Source: an uncultured Actinomycetes bacterium (lineage in GTDB: Bacteria > Actinomycetota > Thermoleophilia > UBA2241). From it: 64,000 nt of DNA. Shown here in pieces: positions 1 through 8,923 of this stretch (the first letter of the stretch is position 1; every line of letters begins with the position of its first letter). Position numbers and translations under genes: made by a program. The stretch lies in NCBI GenBank assembly GCA_963725665.1, contig CAVRZA010000004.1, positions 576,001 through 640,000 on the forward strand, read 5' to 3'. Under the pieces are notes generated by a model. The model was not told where the DNA came from. It was given only the letters and a program-made list of their open reading frames with translations, and made no database searches.

Positions 1-203
1 ACGACATTCACCACGATGATACGCCCCATACGTTGGCCACGTCGCCTCGACGGACCGGGATGAGCTGAACCGGTCAGCAGCTCTTTCCCTCCGCGGCGGG
101 AGTTGGTTGACTAGCGCTACCGACCACCGGCATGGAGCGTGCCCTGCGGCACGGACCGGAGGAACGCTCCACAGCATGTACGACCCGTGAGAAGGAGGCG
201 CGC

Positions 204-1670
204 GTGAAACGGAACCGCCACGCCGGGCGCAGGCGCAGCGGCGGCCTGGGCCTCGACGTCTTCACGCCCGAGGAGCTCGAGGACATCCACCTGAGCACAC
301 TGCAGGTCCTCGAGCACACGGGGGTGCTCGTCGACGACGACGAGGCGATGGACTACTTCGCGGCGGCCGGCTGCCACGTCGACCGCGACGAAAGGATCGT
401 CAAGATCTCGCCGCACGTGGTCGAGGAGGCGATCGCCTCGGCTCCGGCCAGCATCCTCCTCGCGGGGCGCGACCCGAAGAACGATGTCGTCCTCGAATCG
501 AACCGCGTCGGCTTCTGCACCTTCGGCGAGGGCATCATGATCGTCGATCCGTACAGCGGCGAGCTGCGGGAACCGCTCAAGAAGGACGTCGGCGACGCCG
601 CCAAGCTGGCCGACGCGCTGGACGATATCGACACGTTCGAGATCGCCATCGGCGCCAAGGACGCGCCTGGCGAGACGGCCTCTATCCACAACTTCGAGGC
701 TGCCCTCGCGAACACGACGAAGTGCATCGGCGCCGGCACGCTCTCGACGGAGGAGACGGAGGCCGTCATCGACATGGCCGCCGTGGTAGCCGGCGGGCGC
801 GAGAGCTTACGCGAGCGGCCGATCGTCTACTTGGGCGTCTGCCCGGTGAGCCCCCTCAAGCTCACCAAGGAGGTCTGCGAGGTCATCATCTCGGCCGCCA
901 AAGCCGGCCTGCCCGACAACATCCTCTCGATGGCGATGAGCGGCGGCTCGGCCCCGGCCAACCTCGCCGGCACGCTCGTCACGCACAACGCCGAGGTCTT
1001 GAGCGGCATCACTCTGGCGCAGCTTGTCCGCCGCGGCACGCCGGTGATCTACGGCAGCTCCACGACGGCCCTCGACCTGCGCTTCGCAACGGCCTCGGTC
1101 GGCTCACCGGAGTGCGCCATGGTCAACGCCGGCGTGGCCTGTCTCGCGCGTCAGTACCGGCTGCCGAGCTACGTTGCCGGTGCGTAGGGGGATGCGAAGC
1201 TCAGTGACGCCCAGACCGGTCACGAGAAGACACTGACCGGACTGCTACCGGCGTTGGCAGGCGCCAACCTCCTGTACGGTTCGGGGATGATCGAGTCGGG
1301 AGTCACCTTCGATTTCGGGCAGCTCGTTATGGACAACGAGTTCGCGCGCATGATCAAGTTCGTGGTCGGAGGCATCAGGGTCGACGACGAGACGCTGTCG
1401 GTCGACGTCATCGCGCAGGTAGGCGCCTTCGGGGACTTCCTGAGTCACGAGGACACCTACAAGAACATGCGCATCCAGTCGCAGAGCAAGCTGATCGACC
1501 GGCGCGTGCGCGAGGACTGGGAGCAGGCCGGCTCGACCGACCTCTACACGAGGGCCTGCGCCGAAGCGCGCCGGATCCTCGAGTCGCACGAGGTCGAGCG
1601 GCTCGCCGACGACGTCACCGCGGAGGTCCGCGAGATCGTCGCACGGGCCGACCGCGCGCTCACGGCGTAG
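204..1670 (+). CDS. mttB: Trimethylamine:corrinoid methyltransferase (MttB family), 488 aa if the in-frame TAG at 1185-1187 is read as pyrrolysine (residue 328)
   Basis: ORFs 132..1187 and 1254..1670 share a frame and join as SYVAGA-[TAG]-GDAKLSDAQTGHEKTLTGLLPALAGANLLYGSGM, matching the Pyl site of MttB. RBS AAGGAGG at 192-198 precedes GTG 204. Confidence 0.92.
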
Positions 1671-1808
1671 GAGGGAGAGCGTCAGCGGAGGGCAGAACGC
1701 CAGAAGGCCAAGGCGCTGACTGGGGCCCCATGGGCGTGAGCGGGGCGCAGCCCCAGGAGCTTGTGAGGCGGCGGGGCGGGTAAGCGCCGCGCTAGTCGAG
1801 GCTGAGGG

Positions 1809-2738
1809 CTAGTCGCCCGCCTCGACCAGCTTCACGAGGGCGCGCCGCGCGGCCGCGCGCACGTCGGAGACTTCGTCGTGCAAGACTCCGCGCAGCGCGC
1901 TCATGGCACTCCGGTCGCCGATCTCGCCCAAGGCAGCGGCAGCCTCACGGCGCACCAGTGCCTCGGCGCTGTCGAGGGCTTCGAGCAAGCCGGGCACGGC
2001 CGGTCGCCCCACCTGGATGAGTGCATAGGCCGCCCCCCGGCGCACCGTCTCGCGGCGCGAGGCGTCGAAGAGAAGGTCGAGCAGCGGGTCGACGGCTGCA
2101 TCGCCGATACGACCCAGGGCCCAGGCGGCGACCGAGACAGTCTGCTGGCCGCTGGCGAAGTCGCCTTGCAGAGCCTGATCGAGGGCGGCCACAAGGGGCG
2201 CGACCGACGCCTGGCCGATGTCGGCCAGCACCGCTGCCGCCACGAAGCCGACACCCGGGTCCCAGAGCGCGCCGGCGACGTGCCACGTCGCCGGCGCGCC
2301 GATCAGCTGGAGGAGCTGTGCCGCCCGGTCGCGCTGCCTGCCGTCGCTGAGGGCGCGCACCAGCGAGCGGCTGATCTGCTGCAGGGCGTCGAGGGCCAAT
2401 GGTGTCACGCTGGGGTTGGGGCCATGAAGCGCCTCGACAAGCGGCGACACCGCGGCGTCGCGGATGCGCACCAGAGCCGCGCAGGCGGCGACGCCGCCGC
2501 GGGGGAGACTGTCGACGAGCGGCTGCACGGCCTCTGGGCCGAGCGTGACGAGGGCGTCGACGGCGCGCCTGATCTCGGGCGTGGCGTCGATCATGGCCGT
2601 CAGCGGCCGCCGTTCGAGGAGCGCCACGAGCGCCCGCGCGTCGCCGAGACCGGCGGCGCCGTCTACCGCCGTGCCTACGCCGGCCGCGCCTTCGCGGGCC
2701 GCGCCCTCTCCGTCCGCTGCTGCCCGCCAGAGCTTCAC
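1809..2738 (-). CDS. HEAT/PBS-lyase-like repeat protein
   Basis: Repeated motifs such as VRREAAAALGEIGD, AAWALGRIGDAAVDPL and VRAAARRAL. Start placed at GTG 2738, 6 nt after a TATCAT -10 box. Confidence 0.8.
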   Translation of the reverse strand: MKLWRAAADGEGAAREGAAGVGTAVDGAAGLGDARALVALLERRPLTAMIDATPEIRRAVDALVTLGPEAVQPLVDSLPRGGVAACAALVRIRDAAVSPLVEALHGPNPSVTPLALDALQQISRSLVRALSDGRQRDRAAQLLQLIGAPATWHVAGALWDPGVGFVAAAVLADIGQASVAPLVAALDQALQGDFASGQQTVSVAAWALGRIGDAAVDPLLDLLFDASRRETVRRGAAYALIQVGRPAVPGLLEALDSAEALVRREAAAALGEIGDRSAMSALRGVLHDEVSDVRAAARRALVKLVEAGD

Positions 2739-3004
2739 GGTTCCATGATAGCCGCACAGCCGCGGTCGCATGCTTGCCTCGAGGTGCCGGCGACGGTAGC
2801 GACGCAGGCGGGCCGTCCCGACGCCGGCGGCGCGGCCGTCCCGCCGACCCCGCGCCCGCACTCTATCGGCGTCGCCGCCCCGGGGCCGCCGGTGCGGCCG
2901 CCCAGCACCGCCGCCACCGCGGTGCGCGACAGGATTCGTCGCCGCCGTGGTGAACTTGAGGCGCAAGGGTAAGGGATGCGCAAGAGGAGCCGGAAGCACC
3001 GGGA

Positions 3005-3499
3005 TTGGCTGGCGGAGAGACCCATCACGAGCGCGTCAACCGGGAGCTGATCGAGCTCCTCAACGAGCTGCGCGTCGTCCTTCCCGGAGTACAGGTCCTG
3101 TTCGCCTTCCTGCTCAGCCTGCCGTTCCTGACCCGCTTCGACCAGCTCACGACTACGCAGCGCGACGTCTACTTCGTCTCGTTCATCTGCGCCGCGGCGG
3201 CGATCGCGCTGCTCATCACGCCCTCGGCGTACCATCGCCTGCGCTTCCGCCAGCACGACAAGGAGCGCATGCTCTTCACCTCCAACCGCCTGGTGATCGC
3301 GGGGACGGTGTTCCTGGCGATCTCCCTGGTGGGGGCTATCTTCGTCGTCACCGACGTGCTCTACCGCTCGACGTTCGCCGCCGTGGTGACGGCTCTCATG
3401 AGCGGCTGGTTCGCTTGGTTCTGGTATGGGCTGCCGCTCTCTCGCCGTCTCATCGACGAGGATGCCGGGCGAGAGAAGCGAGACGACACGTCGTCCTGA
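3005..3499 (+). CDS. DUF6328-like actinobacterial membrane protein (start uncertain)
   Basis: ETHHERVNRELIELLNELRVVLPGVQVLFAFLL motif and four hydrophobic segments. Confidence 0.75.
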   Translation: MAGGETHHERVNRELIELLNELRVVLPGVQVLFAFLLSLPFLTRFDQLTTTQRDVYFVSFICAAAAIALLITPSAYHRLRFRQHDKERMLFTSNRLVIAGTVFLAISLVGAIFVVTDVLYRSTFAAVVTALMSGWFAWFWYGLPLSRRLIDEDAGREKRDDTSS

Positions 3500-3681
3500 G
3501 GCCGTCGCGCTGGTCGACGCATCGTCCCACGAGTGCTGCGCGTGACGGCGCATCCTTCAAGGTAGCCGCTTTGGACCCGTAGCCCTCTGTTGCGGCGGCG
3601 CTATAGTCTTGGCGCGAGGGACGCACGCCGAGTACTCTTGCCATCGCAGGGCCGCGAGTCTTGAAGCCGGGATAGGGGCGC

Positions 3682-4518
3682 ATGAGAGTGGAGCGTAGGG
3701 ACCACCGGAGGGGACGCCGTCGTCTCGCACCTGCTCTGCTGTTGTTCGCGCTTCTCTGCTTGCCCGCATCCGCATTCGCGGCCAGCCCCAGCGCCTCGCC
3801 AACGGCGGCTGGGGCCACATCGGTGACACCGACACCTTTCTCGACGCCCGTGGTTTCTGCCACGGTCATCCCGCCAGGGTCGGGAGCGGCAGTCTTCGCG
3901 CAGAACTGCTCCGGCTGCCACGGCACCCGCGGCGAAGGCAACTCGCGCGGCCCCTTCTACGGCCCGTCGCTGCAGGCCGCCGCCTTCCCCAGCCTCGTTG
4001 CTGAGATGGTCGAGCGTGGCAGGCAGGCGCCGACGCCCGCCCGCGTGCAGATGCCGGCCTTCGCCGGCGTGTTGAGCGGCGAGCAGATCGCTGCCGTGTC
4101 CGCATACGTGTCGGGGGTGCTCTCTGACCCCGCCGCGCGCAGCGCGCAGGCGGGCGAGGGGGGCGTGATCTTCCGCCTGTACTGTTCGGGCTGTCACAGC
4201 GCGGCGGGTCGGGGCGGCGCCATCGTGAACGGCGTCAACGCGCCAAACCTGCGGTTGCATCCTGCCGCGACGGCTCTTGCCGCCGTGATCATCGGGCCGG
4301 GCAACATGCCGGTCTTCGCGGGCAACACCCTCGATACCCGCCAGCAGGCCGCCGCCGCCCGCTACGTCGAGGCCCTCCTGACGACCCCTTCGCCGGGCGG
4401 GCGCGATCTAGGGTTCATCGGTCCCGTCGCGGAGGGCTTCGCGGCGGCGATCGCCCTTGCGGCGCTGGTCGCTTTCACAGTGTGGCTCGAGTGGGGCAAG
4501 GGCAGGGCCCGTGACTGA
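3682..4518 (+). CDS. qcrC: Diheme cytochrome c subunit of cytochrome bcc
   Basis: Two CSGCH heme motifs, MPAF and MPVF Met ligands, signal peptide and C-terminal TM; overlaps the Rieske gene. Confidence 0.88.
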   Translation: MRVERRDHRRGRRRLAPALLLFALLCLPASAFAASPSASPTAAGATSVTPTPFSTPVVSATVIPPGSGAAVFAQNCSGCHGTRGEGNSRGPFYGPSLQAAAFPSLVAEMVERGRQAPTPARVQMPAFAGVLSGEQIAAVSAYVSGVLSDPAARSAQAGEGGVIFRLYCSGCHSAAGRGGAIVNGVNAPNLRLHPAATALAAVIIGPGNMPVFAGNTLDTRQQAAAARYVEALLTTPSPGGRDLGFIGPVAEGFAAAIALAALVAFTVWLEWGKGRARD

Positions 4519-5425
4519 GCTGGAGGAGCGCGTGACCGAGGCCGCGGAGTCGGCGTTCGCCGGGGCGGGACCGCCGGCCGGCGAGCCGCAGCGCCCGCGG
4601 CCCGCGTGGCCGTCGGCGCTGGCGCTTCTCGCCGCCATGGCCGGCGGCGTCGGTTTCGCCTGGTCGTACGTCGTCGACGCCGGCAACGCCTGGCTCGGGG
4701 GCTTCCTTGCCCTGGGCCTCCTCGGCCTCGGCTTCGCGCTCGCCTACTGGGGGCGCGACCTCGCCGGCGACGATGAAGCCTTGGGGCGCTACCCGATCCC
4801 CTACGAGGATGCCGAGGCTCAAGTCGCCTTAGCGGCGGACGTGCAACGCGATGCGGAGGTGGTGACGCGCCGCGGCTTCCTCACCAAGCTTCTCATCGGC
4901 GGCGCGGCCGTCTTCGGTCTGAGCCAGCTCGCGCTCGTCGCCTCGCTGGGTCCGCGTCCGAGGAGCAGCTTCTACGAGGGCGCGTGGCGAGCCGGCTCCC
5001 GCCTGGTCACCTTCGACGGCCGCCCCGTGACCCGTGGCGCGCTGGCCGGCGGCGGTTTCCTCGTGGCGTTCCCGGAGGGCCACACCGACTCGGCGAACTC
5101 GCAAGTGGTGCTGCTGCGCCTGCCGACGGATCGCTTCACGCCACAGCCCGGGCGCGAGAGCTGGAGCCCCGAGGGGTTCGTCGCCTACTCGCGCGTCTGC
5201 ACGCACGCGGGCTGCGCCGTCGCGCAGTACGAGGACGAGGCTCAGGTCCTTCTCTGCCCGTGCCATCAATCGACCTTCGATGTGCTGAACGGGGCCAGGC
5301 CGATCGGCGGACCGGCGGCGCGGGCGCTGCCCCAGCTGCCCCTGGCGATCGATCCCGCCGGCGACCTCGTCGCCCAGGGTGACTTCACCGAGCCCGTCGG
5401 CCCCAAGTCCTGGACGATCCTGTGA
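4511..5425 (+). CDS. qcrA: Rieske Fe-S subunit, actinobacterial 3-TM type with internal twin-arginine motif
   Basis: CTHAGC and CPCHQS boxes; two N-terminal TMs, then TRRGFL before TM3. Confidence 0.92.
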   Translation: MTELEERVTEAAESAFAGAGPPAGEPQRPRPAWPSALALLAAMAGGVGFAWSYVVDAGNAWLGGFLALGLLGLGFALAYWGRDLAGDDEALGRYPIPYEDAEAQVALAADVQRDAEVVTRRGFLTKLLIGGAAVFGLSQLALVASLGPRPRSSFYEGAWRAGSRLVTFDGRPVTRGALAGGGFLVAFPEGHTDSANSQVVLLRLPTDRFTPQPGRESWSPEGFVAYSRVCTHAGCAVAQYEDEAQVLLCPCHQSTFDVLNGARPIGGPAARALPQLPLAIDPAGDLVAQGDFTEPVGPKSWTIL

Positions 5426-6792
5426 GTGAGCGGACGATCATCAAAGGGCTGGCCAAGGCCTTCAACGTGTCGCAGGCAAGGACGCGCGGCGCGGCGCGCT
5501 GGGTCGGCAGGAACGTCGGCGGTAGTAGCGTGCTGCGCGAGGAGCTGCGTCACATCTTCCCCGACCACTGGTCGTTCTTCTTCGGCGAGATCGCGCTCTA
5601 CTGCTTCATCATCCTGATCGTCACGGGCGTCTTCATGGCGCTGTTCTTCAGCGCCTCGGCGGCTGAGGTCGTCTACAACGGGAGCTACGAGCCGCTCAAG
5701 GGCGTCGTCATGTCCGACGCCTACCGATCGACGGTCAACCTGAGCCTCGACGTGAGGGCCGGTCTCCTTGTGCGGCAGGTCCACCACTGGGCCGCCCTGG
5801 TGTTCGCCGCGGCACTCGGTCTGCACCTCTTCCGCATGTTCTTCACCGGCGCCTATCGCAGACCGCGCATGATCAACTGGATGGTCGGCCTCATCCTGTT
5901 CTTGCTCGTCGTCCTGAACGGCATCTTCGGCTACTCGCTGCCCGACGACCTGCTCAGCGGCACCGGCCTGCGAATCGCCTACTCGATCACGGAGTCGATA
6001 CCGCTGGTCGGTCCCTGGCTGGCCTCTCTCATGTTCGGCGGCGCGTTCCCCAGCCAGGCTCTGATACCGCGCATCTACCCGGTGCACATCTTCCTGGTGC
6101 CGGGGGCGATCGGCGCGCTGCTGGGGGTCCACCTGGGAGTGCTCTGGCTGCAGCGTCACACGCAGTTCTCCGGCCCCGGCCGCGACGAGCGAACGGTGGT
6201 GGGGACTCCGCTCATACCCGCCTACGCGTTGCGCACCGTCGGCTTCTCGCTGATCGTCGCCGGCGCGCTGGCCGTGCTCGGCGGCTTCTTCCAGATCAAC
6301 CCGGTGTGGGTGTACGGCCCCTACAAGCCTTGGGACGCAACCACGCTGGCTCAGCCCGACTGGTACACGGGCTGGCTCGAGGGGTCCGTGCGTCTCTTCC
6401 CGTCGTGGGACATCGTCATCGGCGGCTTCAGGCTGCCGGGCCTGTTCTGGCCGGCCGTCGTCCTGCCCGGCCTCGTTCTCACTCCGCTTCTCGTCTGGCC
6501 GCTGGTTGAGCGCGTCGCCACGGGCGACAGCCGCTACCACAACCTCATCGACACGCCCTGTGTCCACCCGGGACGCAGCGCCATCGCCGCCGGCACCATG
6601 ACCTTCCTCTTCACGCTGTTGTTCGCCGGCGGCGACGACGTCTGGTCGGTGCTCTTCGGCTGGCCGATCGAGTCCCTGGTGCTGGGGTTCCGCATCGCCG
6701 TGATCGTCCTGCCGCCGATCGTCGCCTTGCTCACCTACTTCACCTGCCAGGCGGCTTCGGCCGCGCGTCGGACTTCGCTCGCCGGGCGCTGA
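5422..6792 (+). CDS. qcrB: Cytochrome b subunit of cytochrome bcc
   Basis: FPDHWSFFFGEIALY, RQVHHWAA, GYSLPDDLLSG and QPDWY motifs. Confidence 0.95.
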   Translation: MSERTIIKGLAKAFNVSQARTRGAARWVGRNVGGSSVLREELRHIFPDHWSFFFGEIALYCFIILIVTGVFMALFFSASAAEVVYNGSYEPLKGVVMSDAYRSTVNLSLDVRAGLLVRQVHHWAALVFAAALGLHLFRMFFTGAYRRPRMINWMVGLILFLLVVLNGIFGYSLPDDLLSGTGLRIAYSITESIPLVGPWLASLMFGGAFPSQALIPRIYPVHIFLVPGAIGALLGVHLGVLWLQRHTQFSGPGRDERTVVGTPLIPAYALRTVGFSLIVAGALAVLGGFFQINPVWVYGPYKPWDATTLAQPDWYTGWLEGSVRLFPSWDIVIGGFRLPGLFWPAVVLPGLVLTPLLVWPLVERVATGDSRYHNLIDTPCVHPGRSAIAAGTMTFLFTLLFAGGDDVWSVLFGWPIESLVLGFRIAVIVLPPIVALLTYFTCQAASAARRTSLAGR

Positions 6793-6845
6793 AGGCGCGC
6801 CGGCAGGCGGGCGGCGGCCGCCCGCCGCCGGCGCGCCTTCAGCGC
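6786..6845. terminator. Long GC inverted repeat between convergent qcrB and the heme o synthase gene (probable bidirectional terminator)
   Basis: GCGCTGAAGGCGCGCCGGC (6786-6804) pairs with 6827-6845, with an inner stem; the arms include both stop codons. Confidence 0.7.
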
Positions 6846-7678
6846 AGCCTGTCGACGACCAGCGCGACGATGATCGCCGCCAGGTAGGGTCCCGAGAACT
6901 TGAAGAAGACCCAGGCGCTGCGCGCCGTCCGGCGCCGGTAGAGCCGGATCGTCAGCACCCAGAGGAGCGCGCCCGCGGCCAGGGCGACGAGCGGGTAGAC
7001 GAGACCCGAGAGGCCCCACGCCAGTGGTGCCGCGGTCAGCGCGGTGAGCACGGCGACGAGCAGGAGGATCTGCCGGCAGGTCGTCCCCTCGCCGTAGGCG
7101 ACCGACGGCGTCGGGATACCCGACGAGGCGTAGTCGTCCTTGAGGGCCAACGAGAGTGCCCAGAAGTGCGGCGGCGACCACACGACGATCAGGGCACAGA
7201 CGAAGACGATGTCGTGCGACCAGCCTCCGCCTGCCGCCGTCCAGCCGATCAGAGCGGGAAAGATGCCGGCGATGCCGCCCGGCAGGGCGCTGAGCGGCGT
7301 GCGCGGCTTGAGAAGGAGCGTGTAGACGACCACGTAGTAGACGGCGCCGCAGAGCGCGCAGACGGCCGCGGGCGTCCCGGCGATGAGAAGCAGCCCGAGG
7401 ACGCCCGCGGCCATCGCGCTCAGGCTCACGGCGAGCGCCCGGCGAGGCGACACGGCGCCGGCCGCTATCGGCCGGCGCCGTGTCCGCTCCATGCGCCGGT
7501 CGAGGTCGCGCTCGAGGTAGTTGTTGAGCATCGCCGCGCCGGCGACCGTGAGCCCGGCGGCGGCGACCACGGCCACCAGGAGCGGCGCGCTCGGCGGCCC
7601 CGCGAGCAGCATCGCCGCAACGACGGTGAGCAGGAAGAGGGCGACGACGCGCGGCTGCGCGGCTTTGATGTAGTCCAT
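6839..7678 (-). CDS. ctaB: Protoheme IX farnesyltransferase (heme o synthase, CtaB/CyoE)
   Basis: NNYLERDLDRRMERTRRRP and WSPPHFWAL motifs; ATG 7678 lies 6 nt after CACAAT. Confidence 0.93.
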   Translation of the reverse strand: MDYIKAAQPRVVALFLLTVVAAMLLAGPPSAPLLVAVVAAAGLTVAGAAMLNNYLERDLDRRMERTRRRPIAAGAVSPRRALAVSLSAMAAGVLGLLLIAGTPAAVCALCGAVYYVVVYTLLLKPRTPLSALPGGIAGIFPALIGWTAAGGGWSHDIVFVCALIVVWSPPHFWALSLALKDDYASSGIPTPSVAYGEGTTCRQILLLVAVLTALTAAPLAWGLSGLVYPLVALAAGALLWVLTIRLYRRRTARSAWVFFKFSGPYLAAIIVALVVDRLR

Positions 7679-7927
7679 GACGCTATTGTGCCGCATGGCG
7701 CGGCGCGGCGCGCGGGTGGCGCGCGGCGGGCGCGTGTGGTCGCGCGAAACGCCGCCCACGTTGCGATTGCGCCGAGTTCGTGGATACACTCGCCTTGGGA
7801 GCGGCGCCGCCGCCGCCCCGCCACGGGCCGGCGGGGGAGGCGACGACGCCGCGGTCACGAAGGGAGCCGGAGTGGTCAGTGAGGTCCCCGCGGCCGGGCC
7901 AGGCGCCGAGACGGGGGTGTGCAGGGC

Positions 7928-8923
7928 GTGAGCAGACGCGCGCCTTTGCTCGCCGCCCTCATCCTGTTCCTCGTCCTGCTCTTGGCGGGATGCGCCAAGG
8001 ACTCCCCGACGATCCTTCGCCCTGGCTCTCCCGGCGGCACCGACATCAAGACGCTCACCATCCAGATACTGGCCATCTTGAGCGGCGTCGCCATCACCGT
8101 CTGGGTCATCCTGACGATCGTCATCATCCGCTACCGCAGGCGGCCAGAGTCGCAGGTCCGCCAGACGCGCGGCAACCTGACGATCGAGATCGTCTGGACG
8201 GCGATCCCTGCCGTCATCGTCGCCGTGCTCTTCTTCCTCACCATCCGCACGACCGGGGAGCTCGCCATCCCCGCCAGCACCCAGGTCCACTTCGCCGCGA
8301 CCGGCCACCAGTGGTGGTGGGAGTTCGAGTTCGCCGGCGGGACCTTCAAGACGGCCAACGAGATACACCTTCCGGTGGAGCAGACTGTGTCGGCCGACCT
8401 GCTCTCGACCGACGTCATCCACAGCTACTGGGTGCCGCAGCTGGGTGGCAAGGTCGACATGATACCTGGCCACATTAACCGCATCGCCTTCATCCCTGCC
8501 CAGACCGGCAGGTTCTTGGGGGAGTGCTCCGAGTACTGCGGCCATCAGCACGCCCACATGCGCTTCCTCGTGTTCGTCGTTTCATCGGCCGAGTTCGCGA
8601 CGTGGTTCGCGAACCAGCAGCTCCCGGCCCGCGCGCCGACGGGCGCACAGGCGATAGCCGGCAGTCAGTTCATCGCCACCATCGCCTGTGGCGGCTGCCA
8701 CGCCATCAGGGGGACCAGCCTGGCCGGCGTGAAGGGCCCGGATCTGACGCACTTCGGCAGCCGCACGAGCATCGCCGCCGTGACCCTGCCCAACACGCCC
8801 CAGAACCTCTCCCGCTGGATCGCCGATCCGCAGGCGGTGAAGCCCGAGACGCTCATGCCGCTCATCGCCATGCCGCCTGATCGCCTTGCGCAGGTCGTCG
8901 CCTACCTCGAGGAGCTGAAGTGA
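7928..8923 (+). CDS. ctaC: Cytochrome c oxidase subunit II lipoprotein with C-terminal cytochrome c domain (caa3-like)
   Basis: LLAGC lipobox, GHQWWWEF, CuA ligands DVIHSYW and CSEYCGHQHAHM, C-terminal CGGCH and TLMP. Confidence 0.93.
   Translation: MSRRAPLLAALILFLVLLLAGCAKDSPTILRPGSPGGTDIKTLTIQILAILSGVAITVWVILTIVIIRYRRRPESQVRQTRGNLTIEIVWTAIPAVIVAVLFFLTIRTTGELAIPASTQVHFAATGHQWWWEFEFAGGTFKTANEIHLPVEQTVSADLLSTDVIHSYWVPQLGGKVDMIPGHINRIAFIPAQTGRFLGECSEYCGHQHAHMRFLVFVVSSAEFATWFANQQLPARAPTGAQAIAGSQFIATIACGGCHAIRGTSLAGVKGPDLTHFGSRTSIAAVTLPNTPQNLSRWIADPQAVKPETLMPLIAMPPDRLAQVVAYLEELK

Noticed and set aside
1254-1670. Separate 138-aa gene, or mttB as a nonsense pseudogene
   Set aside because: It is the in-frame C-terminus of MttB, has no RBS, and the stop falls at the family's Pyl position.
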